From the NCBI RefSeq assembly GCF_008065095.1, contig NZ_CP042911.1, forward strand, positions 1,350,001 to 1,382,000: a DNA stretch of 32,000 nucleotides, given 5' to 3'. The translations under genes were made by a program, and so were the position numbers. The DNA comes from Gemmata obscuriglobus. Lineage in GTDB: Bacteria; Planctomycetota; Planctomycetia; Gemmatales; Gemmataceae. The notes under the pieces were generated by a model. The model was not told the DNA's origin and made no database searches. It was given only the letters and a program-made list of their open reading frames with translations. This document shows positions 1 to 7,626 of this stretch, piece after piece (position 1 is the first letter of the stretch; every line of letters begins with the position of its first letter).

Positions 1-226
1 TTGCCGCGGCGAGAAATGATCGCGAGTAGGATAGTTGCCGTAGTACCTCCACGGCCGGCGCCTCCTCGAACTCTCCAACCGCAACAACGTCTTGGAAGTC
101 CCGATCGTAGGCTTGCACCCCACATAAGTCGCGGAGAATGTCATCCTCGCTGTCGCGCCGTGGTCGGGTCAAGCCGATCCAAACGGAGACCACGCCATCT
201 TTGTCGAAGTAGTCGCTCCGCTCCAC
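1..226 (-). CDS. cassette protein, 3' end outside window; VSVWIG-type N-terminus reminiscent of polymorphic-toxin immunity (Imm22-like) proteins
   Basis: GTG at 226 with GGAG 8 nt upstream; frame open to window edge; normal acidic composition (VERSDYFDKDGVVSVWIGLTRPRRDSEDDILRDL...). Confidence 0.55.
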   Translation of the reverse strand, partial: MERSDYFDKDGVVSVWIGLTRPRRDSEDDILRDLCGVQAYDRDFQDVVAVGEFEEAPAVEVLRQLSYSRSFLAAA

Positions 227-242
227 ACACGTCACTCCGCTC

Positions 243-333
243 GCCGAACGAACAGCTCACCTGCACCGCCATCACCGGATGAGCGGTGCGTCCCGAATCA
301 GCGGGCGGTGTCAGGTGCAGCGCCGGGTTCGGC
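243..333 (-). repeat. attC: integron attC site
   Basis: R boxes GCCGAAC/GTTCGGC + bulged L stem; 91 bp; identical to 5659-5749. Confidence 0.85.
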
Positions 334-341
334 GCCTGCGG

Positions 342-680
342 CTAGAAAGGCAGGTCATCCGGTCCAGGCGGGGGCGTGACCTCGGCCGCCGGCTCGGACG
401 GCCCCGGCCCGAGTACCCGCACCGTCACCTCGTCTCCGGGGGCGAGCGGTGCGTGGGTCCACCGCATCTCCCCAGCCGCGTCGTCATGGGCGAACACGGC
501 CAGCACCAGCGACTCGCCCCCGTTGTCACCATCGTAGTCAGTGACCGGACGCAGCAGGCGCAATGGGGCGAGCCGGCAGTACTGCACTTGGGCGTTCAGG
601 CAGCCGTCGCCGGCCTGCCCGGCGAGGCACACCCGCCGACCGTTGACCAGCACCTCGAACCGCACCACCGCCTCCGCCAC
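342..680 (-). CDS. hypothetical cassette protein (112 aa)
   Basis: GTG start 5-6 nt after AGAGGG; own stop 8 nt before attC; identical copy 5758-6096. Confidence 0.65.
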   Translation of the reverse strand: MAEAVVRFEVLVNGRRVCLAGQAGDGCLNAQVQYCRLAPLRLLRPVTDYDGDNGGESLVLAVFAHDDAAGEMRWTHAPLAPGDEVTVRVLGPGPSEPAAEVTPPPGPDDLPF

Positions 681-697
681 ACCGGTGCCCTCTGCGT

Positions 698-787
698 GCC
701 GAACGAACAGCTCACCTGCACCGCCAGGATGAAGTGAGCATCACAACTGCGGCCGATGGCGGTGTCAGGTGCAGCGCCGGGTTCGGC
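698..787 (-). repeat. attC: integron attC site
   Basis: R boxes GCCGAAC/GTTCGGC + bulged L stem; 90 bp. Confidence 0.85.
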
Positions 788-1122
788 TTCTGCGCTGGCA
801 TGTGCGGTTCCGCGGAGCCCGCGCTTGCACCGCGCATCCGCGGAGCCACCACCGACCCGCACCACCATGCCGCGGCACACCGGGGGCCACCCACCACGGC
901 ACCGCGCGGCGATGAGCCGCGCCGCCCACCGACCGGTATCGGCGGAGCACCACCGATTCGACGCGCCGTGTCCCCACGCGCCTCCGCCCACGCCCAACCG
1001 CACCTCGCGGCGATGAGCCGCGCCAGACACGACCGGCACCACGCGGAGCACCACACGCGAGGTTCACCCATGCGGACCACACGCTCAGCGCCGCCGCACG
1101 CGCGCTCCAGAACGCGAGGGTG
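788..1122 (-). repeat. ORF-less R-type cassette (2 modules)
   Basis: C-rich/T-poor + strand, conserved head and tail, two cgcggcgaYgagccgcg hairpin modules; 335 bp. Confidence 0.7.
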
Positions 1123-1213
1123 GCCGAACAAATAGCTCACCTGCACCGCCATCATCGGATGAGCGGCGGGGTCCGAATCACATGGCGGTGTCAGGTGCAG
1201 CGCCGGGTTCGGC
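1123..1213 (-). repeat. attC: integron attC site
   Basis: R boxes + bulged L stem; 91 bp; identical to 3573-3663. Confidence 0.85.
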
Positions 1214-1480
1214 TTCTTGCGGCGCCTCTGCCAGACCGCGCATCTGGTATCGACGAGGCCCCTCGACGGTGACCGCGGCCCCGCCTTCGCAGATGACATG
1301 CGTGCCGTAGGCCGACTCGACAACCGTCAGCGACGGCACCGCGTCCAACCCGACAGCGGTAACGACGCACTCCTCGCCGGGTCGAAGGGCGACGCTGAAG
1401 TCGCTTGGGACGACCTCCACTAACCGGTCGGCCCCGCTGTCAGCGTCGTTGCACACACACAGGCGAACGACGAGGCTCAT
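1178..1480 (-). CDS. hypothetical cassette protein (100 aa)
   Basis: ATG at 1480, 18 nt from attC R box; no own stop, ends inside attC (tail AEPGAAPDTAM); identical copy 3628-3930. Confidence 0.65.
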   Translation of the reverse strand: MSLVVRLCVCNDADSGADRLVEVVPSDFSVALRPGEECVVTAVGLDAVPSLTVVESAYGTHVICEGGAAVTVEGPRRYQMRGLAEAPQEAEPGAAPDTAM

Positions 1481-1498
1481 CCGATGCGTCCCTCTGGT

Positions 1499-1589
1499 GC
1501 CGAACAATGAGCTCACCTGCACCGCCACCTCCAAGGGAGCGGTGCGTCCCACGTCAGATGGCGGTGTCAGGTGCAGCGCCGGGTTCGGC
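1499..1589 (-). repeat. attC: integron attC site
   Basis: R boxes + bulged L stem; 91 bp. Confidence 0.85.
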
Positions 1590-1596
1590 GCCTGGG

Positions 1597-1950
1597 CTAC
1601 TTCCCTGGGGCAACGATGTCGAGTACCCGCTGGACCGGAACCCCGAGTTGCCGCGCCCGGCTGAGGGCGAACGGCACGACGTAGTACGCGGAATCGGAGT
1701 CGAACGGGTCCACGGCCGCCGTCTCGTTGTACAGGGTCTTGAGGCAGATCTCCTCGAAGGCGTACTGCCCCTGCCGCAACCGGTCCGAGGTGCCGAGCCA
1801 GCGGCGTCGCACCTCGTCGAATAGGCGGTGGGCGGCCGGCCACTGCTTGGGGTCGGCCGCGAGCGCCACCACCCGTGCGGCGGACTCGGGATCGGGAGCG
1901 TGCGGCGCGAACAGCCGCAGGAACGCCACGATGTCTTCCGCCATCCCCAC
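1597..1950 (-). CDS. hypothetical cassette protein (117 aa)
   Basis: AAGGAGGG 7 nt upstream of GTG at 1950; own stop before attC; balanced composition. Confidence 0.7.
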   Translation of the reverse strand: MGMAEDIVAFLRLFAPHAPDPESAARVVALAADPKQWPAAHRLFDEVRRRWLGTSDRLRQGQYAFEEICLKTLYNETAAVDPFDSDSAYYVVPFALSRARQLGVPVQRVLDIVAPGK

Positions 1951-1966
1951 CCCGAAGCCCTCCTTA

Positions 1967-2056
1967 GCCGAACGAACAGCTCACCTGCACCGCCATCACC
2001 GGATGAGCGGTGCGTCCAAGTCAGCGGGCGGTGTCAGGTGCAGCGCCGGGTTCGGC
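1967..2056 (-). repeat. attC: integron attC site
   Basis: R boxes + bulged L stem; 90 bp. Confidence 0.85.
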
Positions 2057-2440
2057 GGCTTCGCGCTGGGAGTCTGGACTGAACCGACTGCCTCCCGCCC
2101 ACCACTCACGGAACTGAGGCGGTACAACGTTGGGCGGTTGACCGGAGGCGGCTCCCGGGCACGGTGCTTGGTTCTGAACCACGATGATACCCACGGCGCG
2201 AAAGGAGAGGAACTCCGTCGTGGCCCAGTTCCGGGATGACCGAAAGATGCCCGCCTGTCTGGTGACCCAGACTTGAACGCTCGGACCGCCCAACCCGTTC
2301 CACCGCAACCCACGCCCGACCGCGGGCGGTTCGTCAAACACTTGACACTCGTTGGGCTCCAGGCCCAGTGCCACCAGCACTTCGCCGACCGTTCGCCCGA
2401 CGAGCAAACCACAGTCTCGGGTCAGGAGGTGTTTCGACAT
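2021..2440 (-). CDS. hypothetical cassette protein (139 aa)
   Basis: ATG at 2440 (MSKHLLTRDCG...); reads into attC, tail AEPGAAPDTAR. Confidence 0.6.
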   Translation of the reverse strand: MSKHLLTRDCGLLVGRTVGEVLVALGLEPNECQVFDEPPAVGRGLRWNGLGGPSVQVWVTRQAGIFRSSRNWATTEFLSFRAVGIIVVQNQAPCPGAASGQPPNVVPPQFREWWAGGSRFSPDSQREAAEPGAAPDTAR

Positions 2441-2461
2441 TCGCCGCGCGCCCCTCTGGTT

Positions 2462-2552
2462 GCCGAACAAACAGCTCACCTGCACCGCCATCACCGGATG
2501 AGCGGAGCGTGCCGAATCAGCCGGCGGTGTCAGGTGCAGCGCCGGGTTCGGC
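2462..2552 (-). repeat. attC: integron attC site
   Basis: R boxes + bulged L stem; 91 bp. Confidence 0.85.
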
Positions 2553-2559
2553 TCGCTAC

Positions 2560-3048
2560 TTACACGGTGAAGATTACAGCCCGGTCGTGCGCGGCCGCTT
2601 TGTTGAAGAACTCCCGCAGTGGCACGAACCAGCCCCAAGTGTACTCGAAGTCCTCGTCGCCGAGGGCGCCGTCGTACTGGTCTGGCTCGATGGCATCGTA
2701 CCGCCGCCGCAGCTCCGCTTTGTCGATGCCTGCGATGGCAGCCGCAACCTGCTTGACCTCGTTGGCGTCGGCGTGGCAGACGGTGAATCGGTCCTCGTCC
2801 ACGAGGAGATTGTCGTGGGCGAAGACGCACATGTGTAGCGGGCTGTCGCCGTACTCCAGTTTGCCGCCGGTGAGGCAGCGGTGGATGGCGTCCCACGCCT
2901 TATCCGTTTCCTGAAGCCACTCCCGATCCCACCGGGCCTCGATCTCCTCCACGAAGGCGATGATCGCGTCGTCGGTCATGTATGGCGTGTCCATCAGCCG
3001 GGACGACTCCTCAGCCGTCAACGCGAGGTGGACACCACGCACGCCCAT
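2560..3048 (-). CDS. hypothetical cassette protein (162 aa), possibly DUF1877/YfbM-like
   Basis: ATG 3048 with GGAGG 8 nt upstream; own stop; acidic protein. Family guess rests only on the motif KAWDAIHRCLTGG and is low confidence. Confidence 0.65.
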   Translation of the reverse strand: MGVRGVHLALTAEESSRLMDTPYMTDDAIIAFVEEIEARWDREWLQETDKAWDAIHRCLTGGKLEYGDSPLHMCVFAHDNLLVDEDRFTVCHADANEVKQVAAAIAGIDKAELRRRYDAIEPDQYDGALGDEDFEYTWGWFVPLREFFNKAAAHDRAVIFTV

Positions 3049-3063
3049 CCGCGAACCTCCGGT

Positions 3064-3154
3064 GCCGAACAAACAGCTCACCTGCACCGCCATCATCGGA
3101 TGAGCGATGCGTCCCGAATCAGCCGGCGGTGTCAGGTGCAGCGCCGGGTTCGGC
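3064..3154 (-). repeat. attC: integron attC site
   Basis: R boxes + bulged L stem; 91 bp. Confidence 0.85.
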
Positions 3155-3556
3155 CTGCCTTGCGCCCTCCAGCAGTGACAGCGCCTTGCGGTTGTTGTAC
3201 GCCCGCGCGGACTCGAACGCCCGCTCGGTCGGGATCGCGCCGGCTGCCAGCAGCAGGGCGGTCAGCTCGGTGGACTCGTGCCCGGCCTCGTGGTTTGCTT
3301 GCCACGCAGCGTCGCTCTCGATGTCGATGGCGTGAACCAGTGGGGTCCAACCCGCGCCCACGTCACAGTTGATATCGGCCCCGGCTGCGATCAGCCGGCG
3401 TGCGATCTCCGTTCGTTGGTGCTCGATGGCTTGGAACAGCAGAGGCCAGTGCGGTTCGTCGGCCGCGTTGACATCGGCACCCGCCGCAATAATCGCTGCG
3501 ACTGTCGCGAGGTCATCGGCCCAGATGGCTTCCGACAGCCGTTGAGCCTTCGCCAC
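3119..3556 (-). CDS. ankyrin-repeat cassette protein (145 aa)
   Basis: repeats ...AAGADVNAADEPHWPLLFQAIEH... and ...AAGADINCDVGAGWTPLVHAI...; GTG start after AGAAGGG; ends in attC (AEPGAAPDTAG). Confidence 0.8.
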   Translation of the reverse strand: MAKAQRLSEAIWADDLATVAAIIAAGADVNAADEPHWPLLFQAIEHQRTEIARRLIAAGADINCDVGAGWTPLVHAIDIESDAAWQANHEAGHESTELTALLLAAGAIPTERAFESARAYNNRKALSLLEGARQAEPGAAPDTAG

Positions 3557-3572
3557 GGTGCGCCCTTCTGTG

Positions 3573-3663
3573 GCCGAACAAATAGCTCACCTGCACCGCC
3601 ATCATCGGATGAGCGGCGGGGTCCGAATCACATGGCGGTGTCAGGTGCAGCGCCGGGTTCGGC
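3573..3663 (-). repeat. attC: integron attC site
   Basis: R boxes + bulged L stem; 91 bp; identical to 1123-1213. Confidence 0.85.
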
Positions 3664-3930
3664 TTCTTGCGGCGCCTCTGCCAGACCGCGCATCTGGTAT
3701 CGACGAGGCCCCTCGACGGTGACCGCGGCCCCGCCTTCGCAGATGACATGCGTGCCGTAGGCCGACTCGACAACCGTCAGCGACGGCACCGCGTCCAACC
3801 CGACAGCGGTAACGACGCACTCCTCGCCGGGTCGAAGGGCGACGCTGAAGTCGCTTGGGACGACCTCCACTAACCGGTCGGCCCCGCTGTCAGCGTCGTT
3901 GCACACACACAGGCGAACGACGAGGCTCAT
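3628..3930 (-). CDS. hypothetical cassette protein (100 aa), second copy of 1178-1480
   Basis: translation identical to 1178-1480. Confidence 0.65.
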   Translation of the reverse strand: MSLVVRLCVCNDADSGADRLVEVVPSDFSVALRPGEECVVTAVGLDAVPSLTVVESAYGTHVICEGGAAVTVEGPRRYQMRGLAEAPQEAEPGAAPDTAM

Positions 3931-3948
3931 CCGATGCGTCCCTCTGGT

Positions 3949-4047
3949 GCCGAACGCACAAGCTCAGCAGCCGGGGCCGCCGCGGTGAGCTATGAACTCC
4001 CAGAAACCAATGTGGCGGCCCCGGTCTGCTGCAGCGCCTGGTTCGGC
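3949..4047 (-). repeat. attC: integron attC site, divergent 99-bp variant
   Basis: same R boxes; L arms gctcagcagccggggccgcc / ggcggccccggTctgctgCagc changed compensatorily; bulged T and C kept. Confidence 0.8.
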
Positions 4048-4056
4048 GTCTGCGGC

Positions 4057-4455
4057 TCACGGCACCACCGCGAACCGGAACCGGACGCCGGCCCGCTCCG
4101 CGTCGGCCAGCTCGCCGGCCAACCCCTCCAGCTCCGACGCCACCTCGGGCGGACCGGACACGGCGTCCGGGTGGGCGGCCAGGTGGGCCGCCAGCGCCCG
4201 GACCGCGGCCAGCCCGGCGGCCGCCGGGAACCACCGGACCGGCGGCAGGTCGGCCGGCGGCTCGTCCCCCTCGCCTAGGTAGCCGGCGGCGTCCGCCGGG
4301 TCGTAGCTCTCGAACGCCCCGAGCGGGGTCAGGCCGGCGGCGGCCGCCAGCCGGTCGAGCCGCCGCTGCCGGCGGAGCAGCGCCGGGTGGTCGCCGCCGA
4401 GGGTGCCGTGCGGGGGCACGTCGGCCTCGAACACGGCGCAGAAGCTCGCACCCAT
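4057..4455 (-). CDS. hypothetical cassette protein (132 aa)
   Basis: ATG 4455, 17 nt from attC; own stop; very GC-rich but acidic, balanced protein. Confidence 0.6.
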   Translation of the reverse strand: MGASFCAVFEADVPPHGTLGGDHPALLRRQRRLDRLAAAAGLTPLGAFESYDPADAAGYLGEGDEPPADLPPVRWFPAAAGLAAVRALAAHLAAHPDAVSGPPEVASELEGLAGELADAERAGVRFRFAVVP

Positions 4456-4471
4456 CGGACGCCTCTCCGCC

Positions 4472-4562
4472 GCCGAACATAAAGCTCACCTGCACCGCCA
4501 TCATACCGTCAGCAACGCGTCACAAATCAGCGGGCGGTGTCAGGTGCAGCGCCGGGTTCGGC
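4472..4562 (-). repeat. attC: integron attC site
   Basis: R boxes + bulged L stem; 91 bp. Confidence 0.85.
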
Positions 4563-4579
4563 ATCTGCGCAGCCCCCAG

Positions 4580-5011
4580 CTACCCGCCGTTGACCTCGGC
4601 CGCCACGACCCGACCATCCGGGCCGAAGTGAACGTACAGGAAGGCGTCGTCGAAGCCGTATGGGCCGAGGCCGCTCCAGCATCCCAGCCAGTACACCCAC
4701 GTCTCCGGGTGGTCCAGTCGAACGCCGTACCCGTCCACCGGCCCCCGCGGGTCACGCGACGGTGGCTCGCCCTCGCCCAGCAGTTCCCGCACACGCTCTT
4801 TGGGCGTCCCAGCGGGCAGGTGGCGGATGGCGTCACGGGCCATCGGCCCCCGCCCCCGCTCGTCGGCGGCCGCCCACGCCGCCGGGCTGAATGGGCGGTC
4901 GTCGAACGGGTCGAGATACCGGTCGAGCGCGACGAACCCGGCCACGCACCCGCGGGCCAACAGCAACGCGGCCAGGGCGAGCAAGCCGACGACACACTTC
5001 CACCGCCGCAT
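4580..5011 (-). CDS. exported or membrane-anchored small cassette protein (143 aa)
   Basis: N-terminal MRRWKCVVGLLALAALLLARGC hydrophobic signal-like segment; ATG 5011 after AGAGG; own stop. Confidence 0.7.
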   Translation of the reverse strand: MRRWKCVVGLLALAALLLARGCVAGFVALDRYLDPFDDRPFSPAAWAAADERGRGPMARDAIRHLPAGTPKERVRELLGEGEPPSRDPRGPVDGYGVRLDHPETWVYWLGCWSGLGPYGFDDAFLYVHFGPDGRVVAAEVNGG

Positions 5012-5028
5012 CTCGCACTGCCTCTGTT

Positions 5029-5118
5029 GCCGAACAATGAGCTCACCTGCACCGCCCGTCTCGATGAGCAGTGCGTTCCGAATCAGCCGGCGGTGTCAGG
5101 TGCAGCGCCGGGTTCGGC
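5029..5118 (-). repeat. attC: integron attC site
   Basis: R boxes + bulged L stem; 90 bp; same as 18328-18417 except the R'-side spacer (aatga vs ataaa). Confidence 0.85.
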
Positions 5119-5613
5119 GTCTTGGCCAACTGCAACCGTGAACGCCGCGTGCATCTCCTCGGCCAAGTTCACCAGCGGACGCCATTGCTCCGGCCAGTCG
5201 GACCACCATTGGAACCGCCATCCGGAGTACAAGTCCCCGTTCACCGCTAACTCGTACAACGTGCCGTCGGCCCCGCCGTACCCGCTCAAGTCCGGGCAAA
5301 GCGGGAGGGTGAGGGCGGTGACACGCTCGAAGTACGCGGCGACTGCGGTCGACGGCAGCGGCACCACGTCGTGCCCGGTCACCAACAGCGCCGGCTCCGA
5401 CGAGACGACCCGCGGCCGGATCAGTTGCCACTCCTGGCCGCGCTGGGCACCCCACACCTGCCGCACGTCCTACACTGACGGCATCTCGAACGACGGGGAG
5501 ACAATGAGCTGCAGCCGCCGCATACCGATGCCGCGTGCGTGCGGGTCGCTGTACGCTGGTCGCGGCTGGGTGCGAACCCGCGCCCAGTCGGCCTCGTCGG
5601 CCTGCCGCAGCAT
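5083..5613 (-). pseudogene. cassette gene disrupted by in-frame TAG (intact copy at 18382-18912)
   Basis: cta at 5470-5472 (TAG on minus) where the second copy has cca (Trp) at 18769-18771; otherwise the same ORF. Confidence 0.65.
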
Positions 5614-5658
5614 TAGCTCTCGCGCCCGGCGATTCCCCACCCGTCGTGCCCTCTGGTT

Positions 5659-5749
5659 GCCGAACGAACAGCTCACCTGCACCGCCATCACCGGATGAGC
5701 GGTGCGTCCCGAATCAGCGGGCGGTGTCAGGTGCAGCGCCGGGTTCGGC
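5659..5749 (-). repeat. attC: integron attC site
   Basis: R boxes + bulged L stem; 91 bp; identical to 243-333. Confidence 0.85.
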
Positions 5750-5757
5750 GCCTGCGG

Positions 5758-6096
5758 CTAGAAAGGCAGGTCATCCGGTCCAGGCGGGGGCGTGACCTCG
5801 GCCGCCGGCTCGGACGGCCCCGGCCCGAGTACCCGCACCGTCACCTCGTCTCCGGGGGCGAGCGGTGCGTGGGTCCACCGCATCTCCCCAGCCGCGTCGT
5901 CATGGGCGAACACGGCCAGCACCAGCGACTCGCCCCCGTTGTCACCATCGTAGTCAGTGACCGGACGCAGCAGGCGCAATGGGGCGAGCCGGCAGTACTG
6001 CACTTGGGCGTTCAGGCAGCCGTCGCCGGCCTGCCCGGCGAGGCACACCCGCCGACCGTTGACCAGCACCTCGAACCGCACCACCGCCTCCGCCAC
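5758..6096 (-). CDS. hypothetical cassette protein (112 aa), second copy of 342-680
   Basis: translation identical to 342-680. Confidence 0.65.
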   Translation of the reverse strand: MAEAVVRFEVLVNGRRVCLAGQAGDGCLNAQVQYCRLAPLRLLRPVTDYDGDNGGESLVLAVFAHDDAAGEMRWTHAPLAPGDEVTVRVLGPGPSEPAAEVTPPPGPDDLPF

Positions 6097-6113
6097 ACCG
6101 GTGCCCTCTGCGT

Positions 6114-6203
6114 GCCGAACAACAAGCTCACCTGCACCGCCAGGATACAGTGAGCGACACAACTATGGCCGATGGCGGTGTCAGGTGCAGCGCCGGGTTC
6201 GGC
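6114..6203 (-). repeat. attC: integron attC site
   Basis: R boxes + bulged L stem; 90 bp; identical to 19289-19378. Confidence 0.85.
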
Positions 6204-6662
6204 TCACTGACCTCCGCGGTTCCGGGCGACACGCGCCGCACCGCGGCTCCGCGGAGCCCGTGCCACCGGTGCGGCCGGGCGGAGCACCCCCAACCCGATG
6301 CGCCGTGTCGCGACACATCGGAGGCCACCCACCACCGCCACCCGCGGCGATGAGCCGCGCCCGCCACCTACGGGCGCCACGCGGAGCACCACCGACACGA
6401 ACCGCCGTGTCCCCACCCGCGCCCGGCCACGCCCAACCACACCTCGCGGCGGCGAGCCGCGCCAGACCCGATCGGCACCACGCGGAGCGCCACCGAACCG
6501 ACACGCCGTGTCCGCACCCGCCACCGGCCGCGCCCACCGCACCTCGCGGCGACGAGCCGCGCCACACACCCACGGGCACCACGCGGAGCCCGACCCTCGG
6601 GATTCACCTTTGCGGACCATACGTTCAGCGCCGCCGCACGCGCGATCGAGCGCCTTGGGGTT
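6204..6662 (-). repeat. ORF-less R-type cassette (3 modules)
   Basis: three ~101-nt modules; hairpins e.g. 6394-6411 and 6445-6461; 459 bp; largely identical to 19379-19785. Confidence 0.7.
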
Positions 6663-6753
6663 GCCGAACGAACAGCTCACCTGCACCGCCATCACACGAT
6701 GAGCGGTGCGTCACAATACAGCGGGCGGTGTCAGGTGCAGCGCCGGGTTCGGC
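6663..6753 (-). repeat. attC: integron attC site
   Basis: R boxes + bulged L stem; 91 bp; same as 12681-12771 and 24567-24657. Confidence 0.85.
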
Positions 6754-7109
6754 TCGCTGCCGTCCGCGGTTCCGGGCGACACGCCGAGCGCCGCGCATCT
6801 GCGGATGCCCGCGGCACCGGTGCGACCGGGCGGAGTGCTACCGACTCGATGCGCCGTGTCCCGGCCCATCGAGGGCCACGCCCACCGCTACACGCGGCGA
6901 CGAGCCGCGCCCCTACCCACGGGCACCACGCGGAGCGCCACCGACCCGAACCGCCGTGTCCCCACACACCGCCGGCCACGCCCAACCGCACCTCGCGGCG
7001 ACGAGCCGCGCCAGCACCGACCGGCACCACGCGAAGCCCGACACGCGAGACTCACCACCGCGGACCACACGCTCAGCGCCGCCGCACGCGCCCTCATGCC
7101 CTCGGGGTT
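6754..7109 (-). repeat. ORF-less R-type cassette (2 modules), copy 1 of 3
   Basis: 356 bp; same cassette at 12772-13127 and 24658-25013. Confidence 0.7.
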
Positions 7110-7200
7110 GCCGAACGAACAGCTCACCTGCACCGCCCCCTCCCAGGGAGCGGTGCCATCCAGACTACATGGCGGTGTCAGGTGCAGCGCCGGGTTCGGC
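7110..7200 (-). repeat. attC: integron attC site
   Basis: R boxes + bulged L stem; 91 bp. Confidence 0.85.
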
Positions 7201-7535
7201 TTGCTCACATCCGCGCCGCGCATCCGCGGAAGCCCGCCTACCGGTGCGGCCGAGCGGAGCGGCACCGATCCGACGCGCCGTGCCGCGGCACGCCGGAGGC
7301 CACCCACCACCGCCACCCGCGGCGATGAGCCGCGCCCGACACCCACGGGCACCACGCGGAGCCACCACCGACCCGCACCGCCGTGTCCCCACGCGCTCCC
7401 GGCCGCGCCCAACCGCACCTCGCGGCGGCGAGCCGCGCCCGCCACCCACGGGCACCACGCGGAGCACTACACCCGGGGTTCACCAACGCGGACCACACGC
7501 CCACCGCCGCACGCGCGATCGTGCCCGCGATGGTT
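7201..7535 (-). repeat. ORF-less R-type cassette (2 modules)
   Basis: 335 bp; conserved head/tail and module hairpins; no credible ORF. Confidence 0.7.
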
Positions 7536-7626
7536 GCCGAACGAACAGCTCACCTGCACCGCCATCATACCGTCAGCGATGCGTCCCAGACTAGCGGGCG
7601 GTGTCAGGTGCAGCGCCGGGTTCGGC
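7536..7626 (-). repeat. attC: integron attC site
   Basis: R boxes + bulged L stem; 91 bp. Confidence 0.85.

Noticed and set aside
2560-3096. N-terminal extensions MMAVQVS(C/F/L/Y)xFG... on many track ORFs (e.g. 2560-3096, 3890-4504, 11252-11815, 20265-21266).
   Set aside because: These residues are encoded by the upstream attC (reverse complement of gctcacctgcaccgccatcat). True starts lie 15-25 nt beyond the R box, usually after a GGAGG/AGAGGG motif.
6888-7109. Short ORF with an apparent RBS at the start of some R cassettes (GAGGGC-ATG-AGGGCG..., MRARAAALSVWSAVVS...).
   Set aside because: The ATG and the frame are not conserved in other R cassettes, whose tails read gatcgagcgcc, ctccagaacgcgaggg and similar. 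The product is R/G/A/V/W-only, low-complexity.
5957-7594. Very long ORFs over the repeat cassettes in all six frames. Examples: 5957-7594 + (545 aa), 20265-21266 - (333 aa), 24183-25379 +, 25722-27281 +. They could suggest Pro/Arg-rich or Gly/Arg-rich repeat proteins.
   Set aside because: The + strand here is ~4% T and the minus strand ~4% A, so stop codons are nearly impossible in any frame. All six frames are open simultaneously. The ORFs run straight through attC sites. Translations lack D/E/K/N/I/F/Y. The repeat phase also shifts frame between modules.
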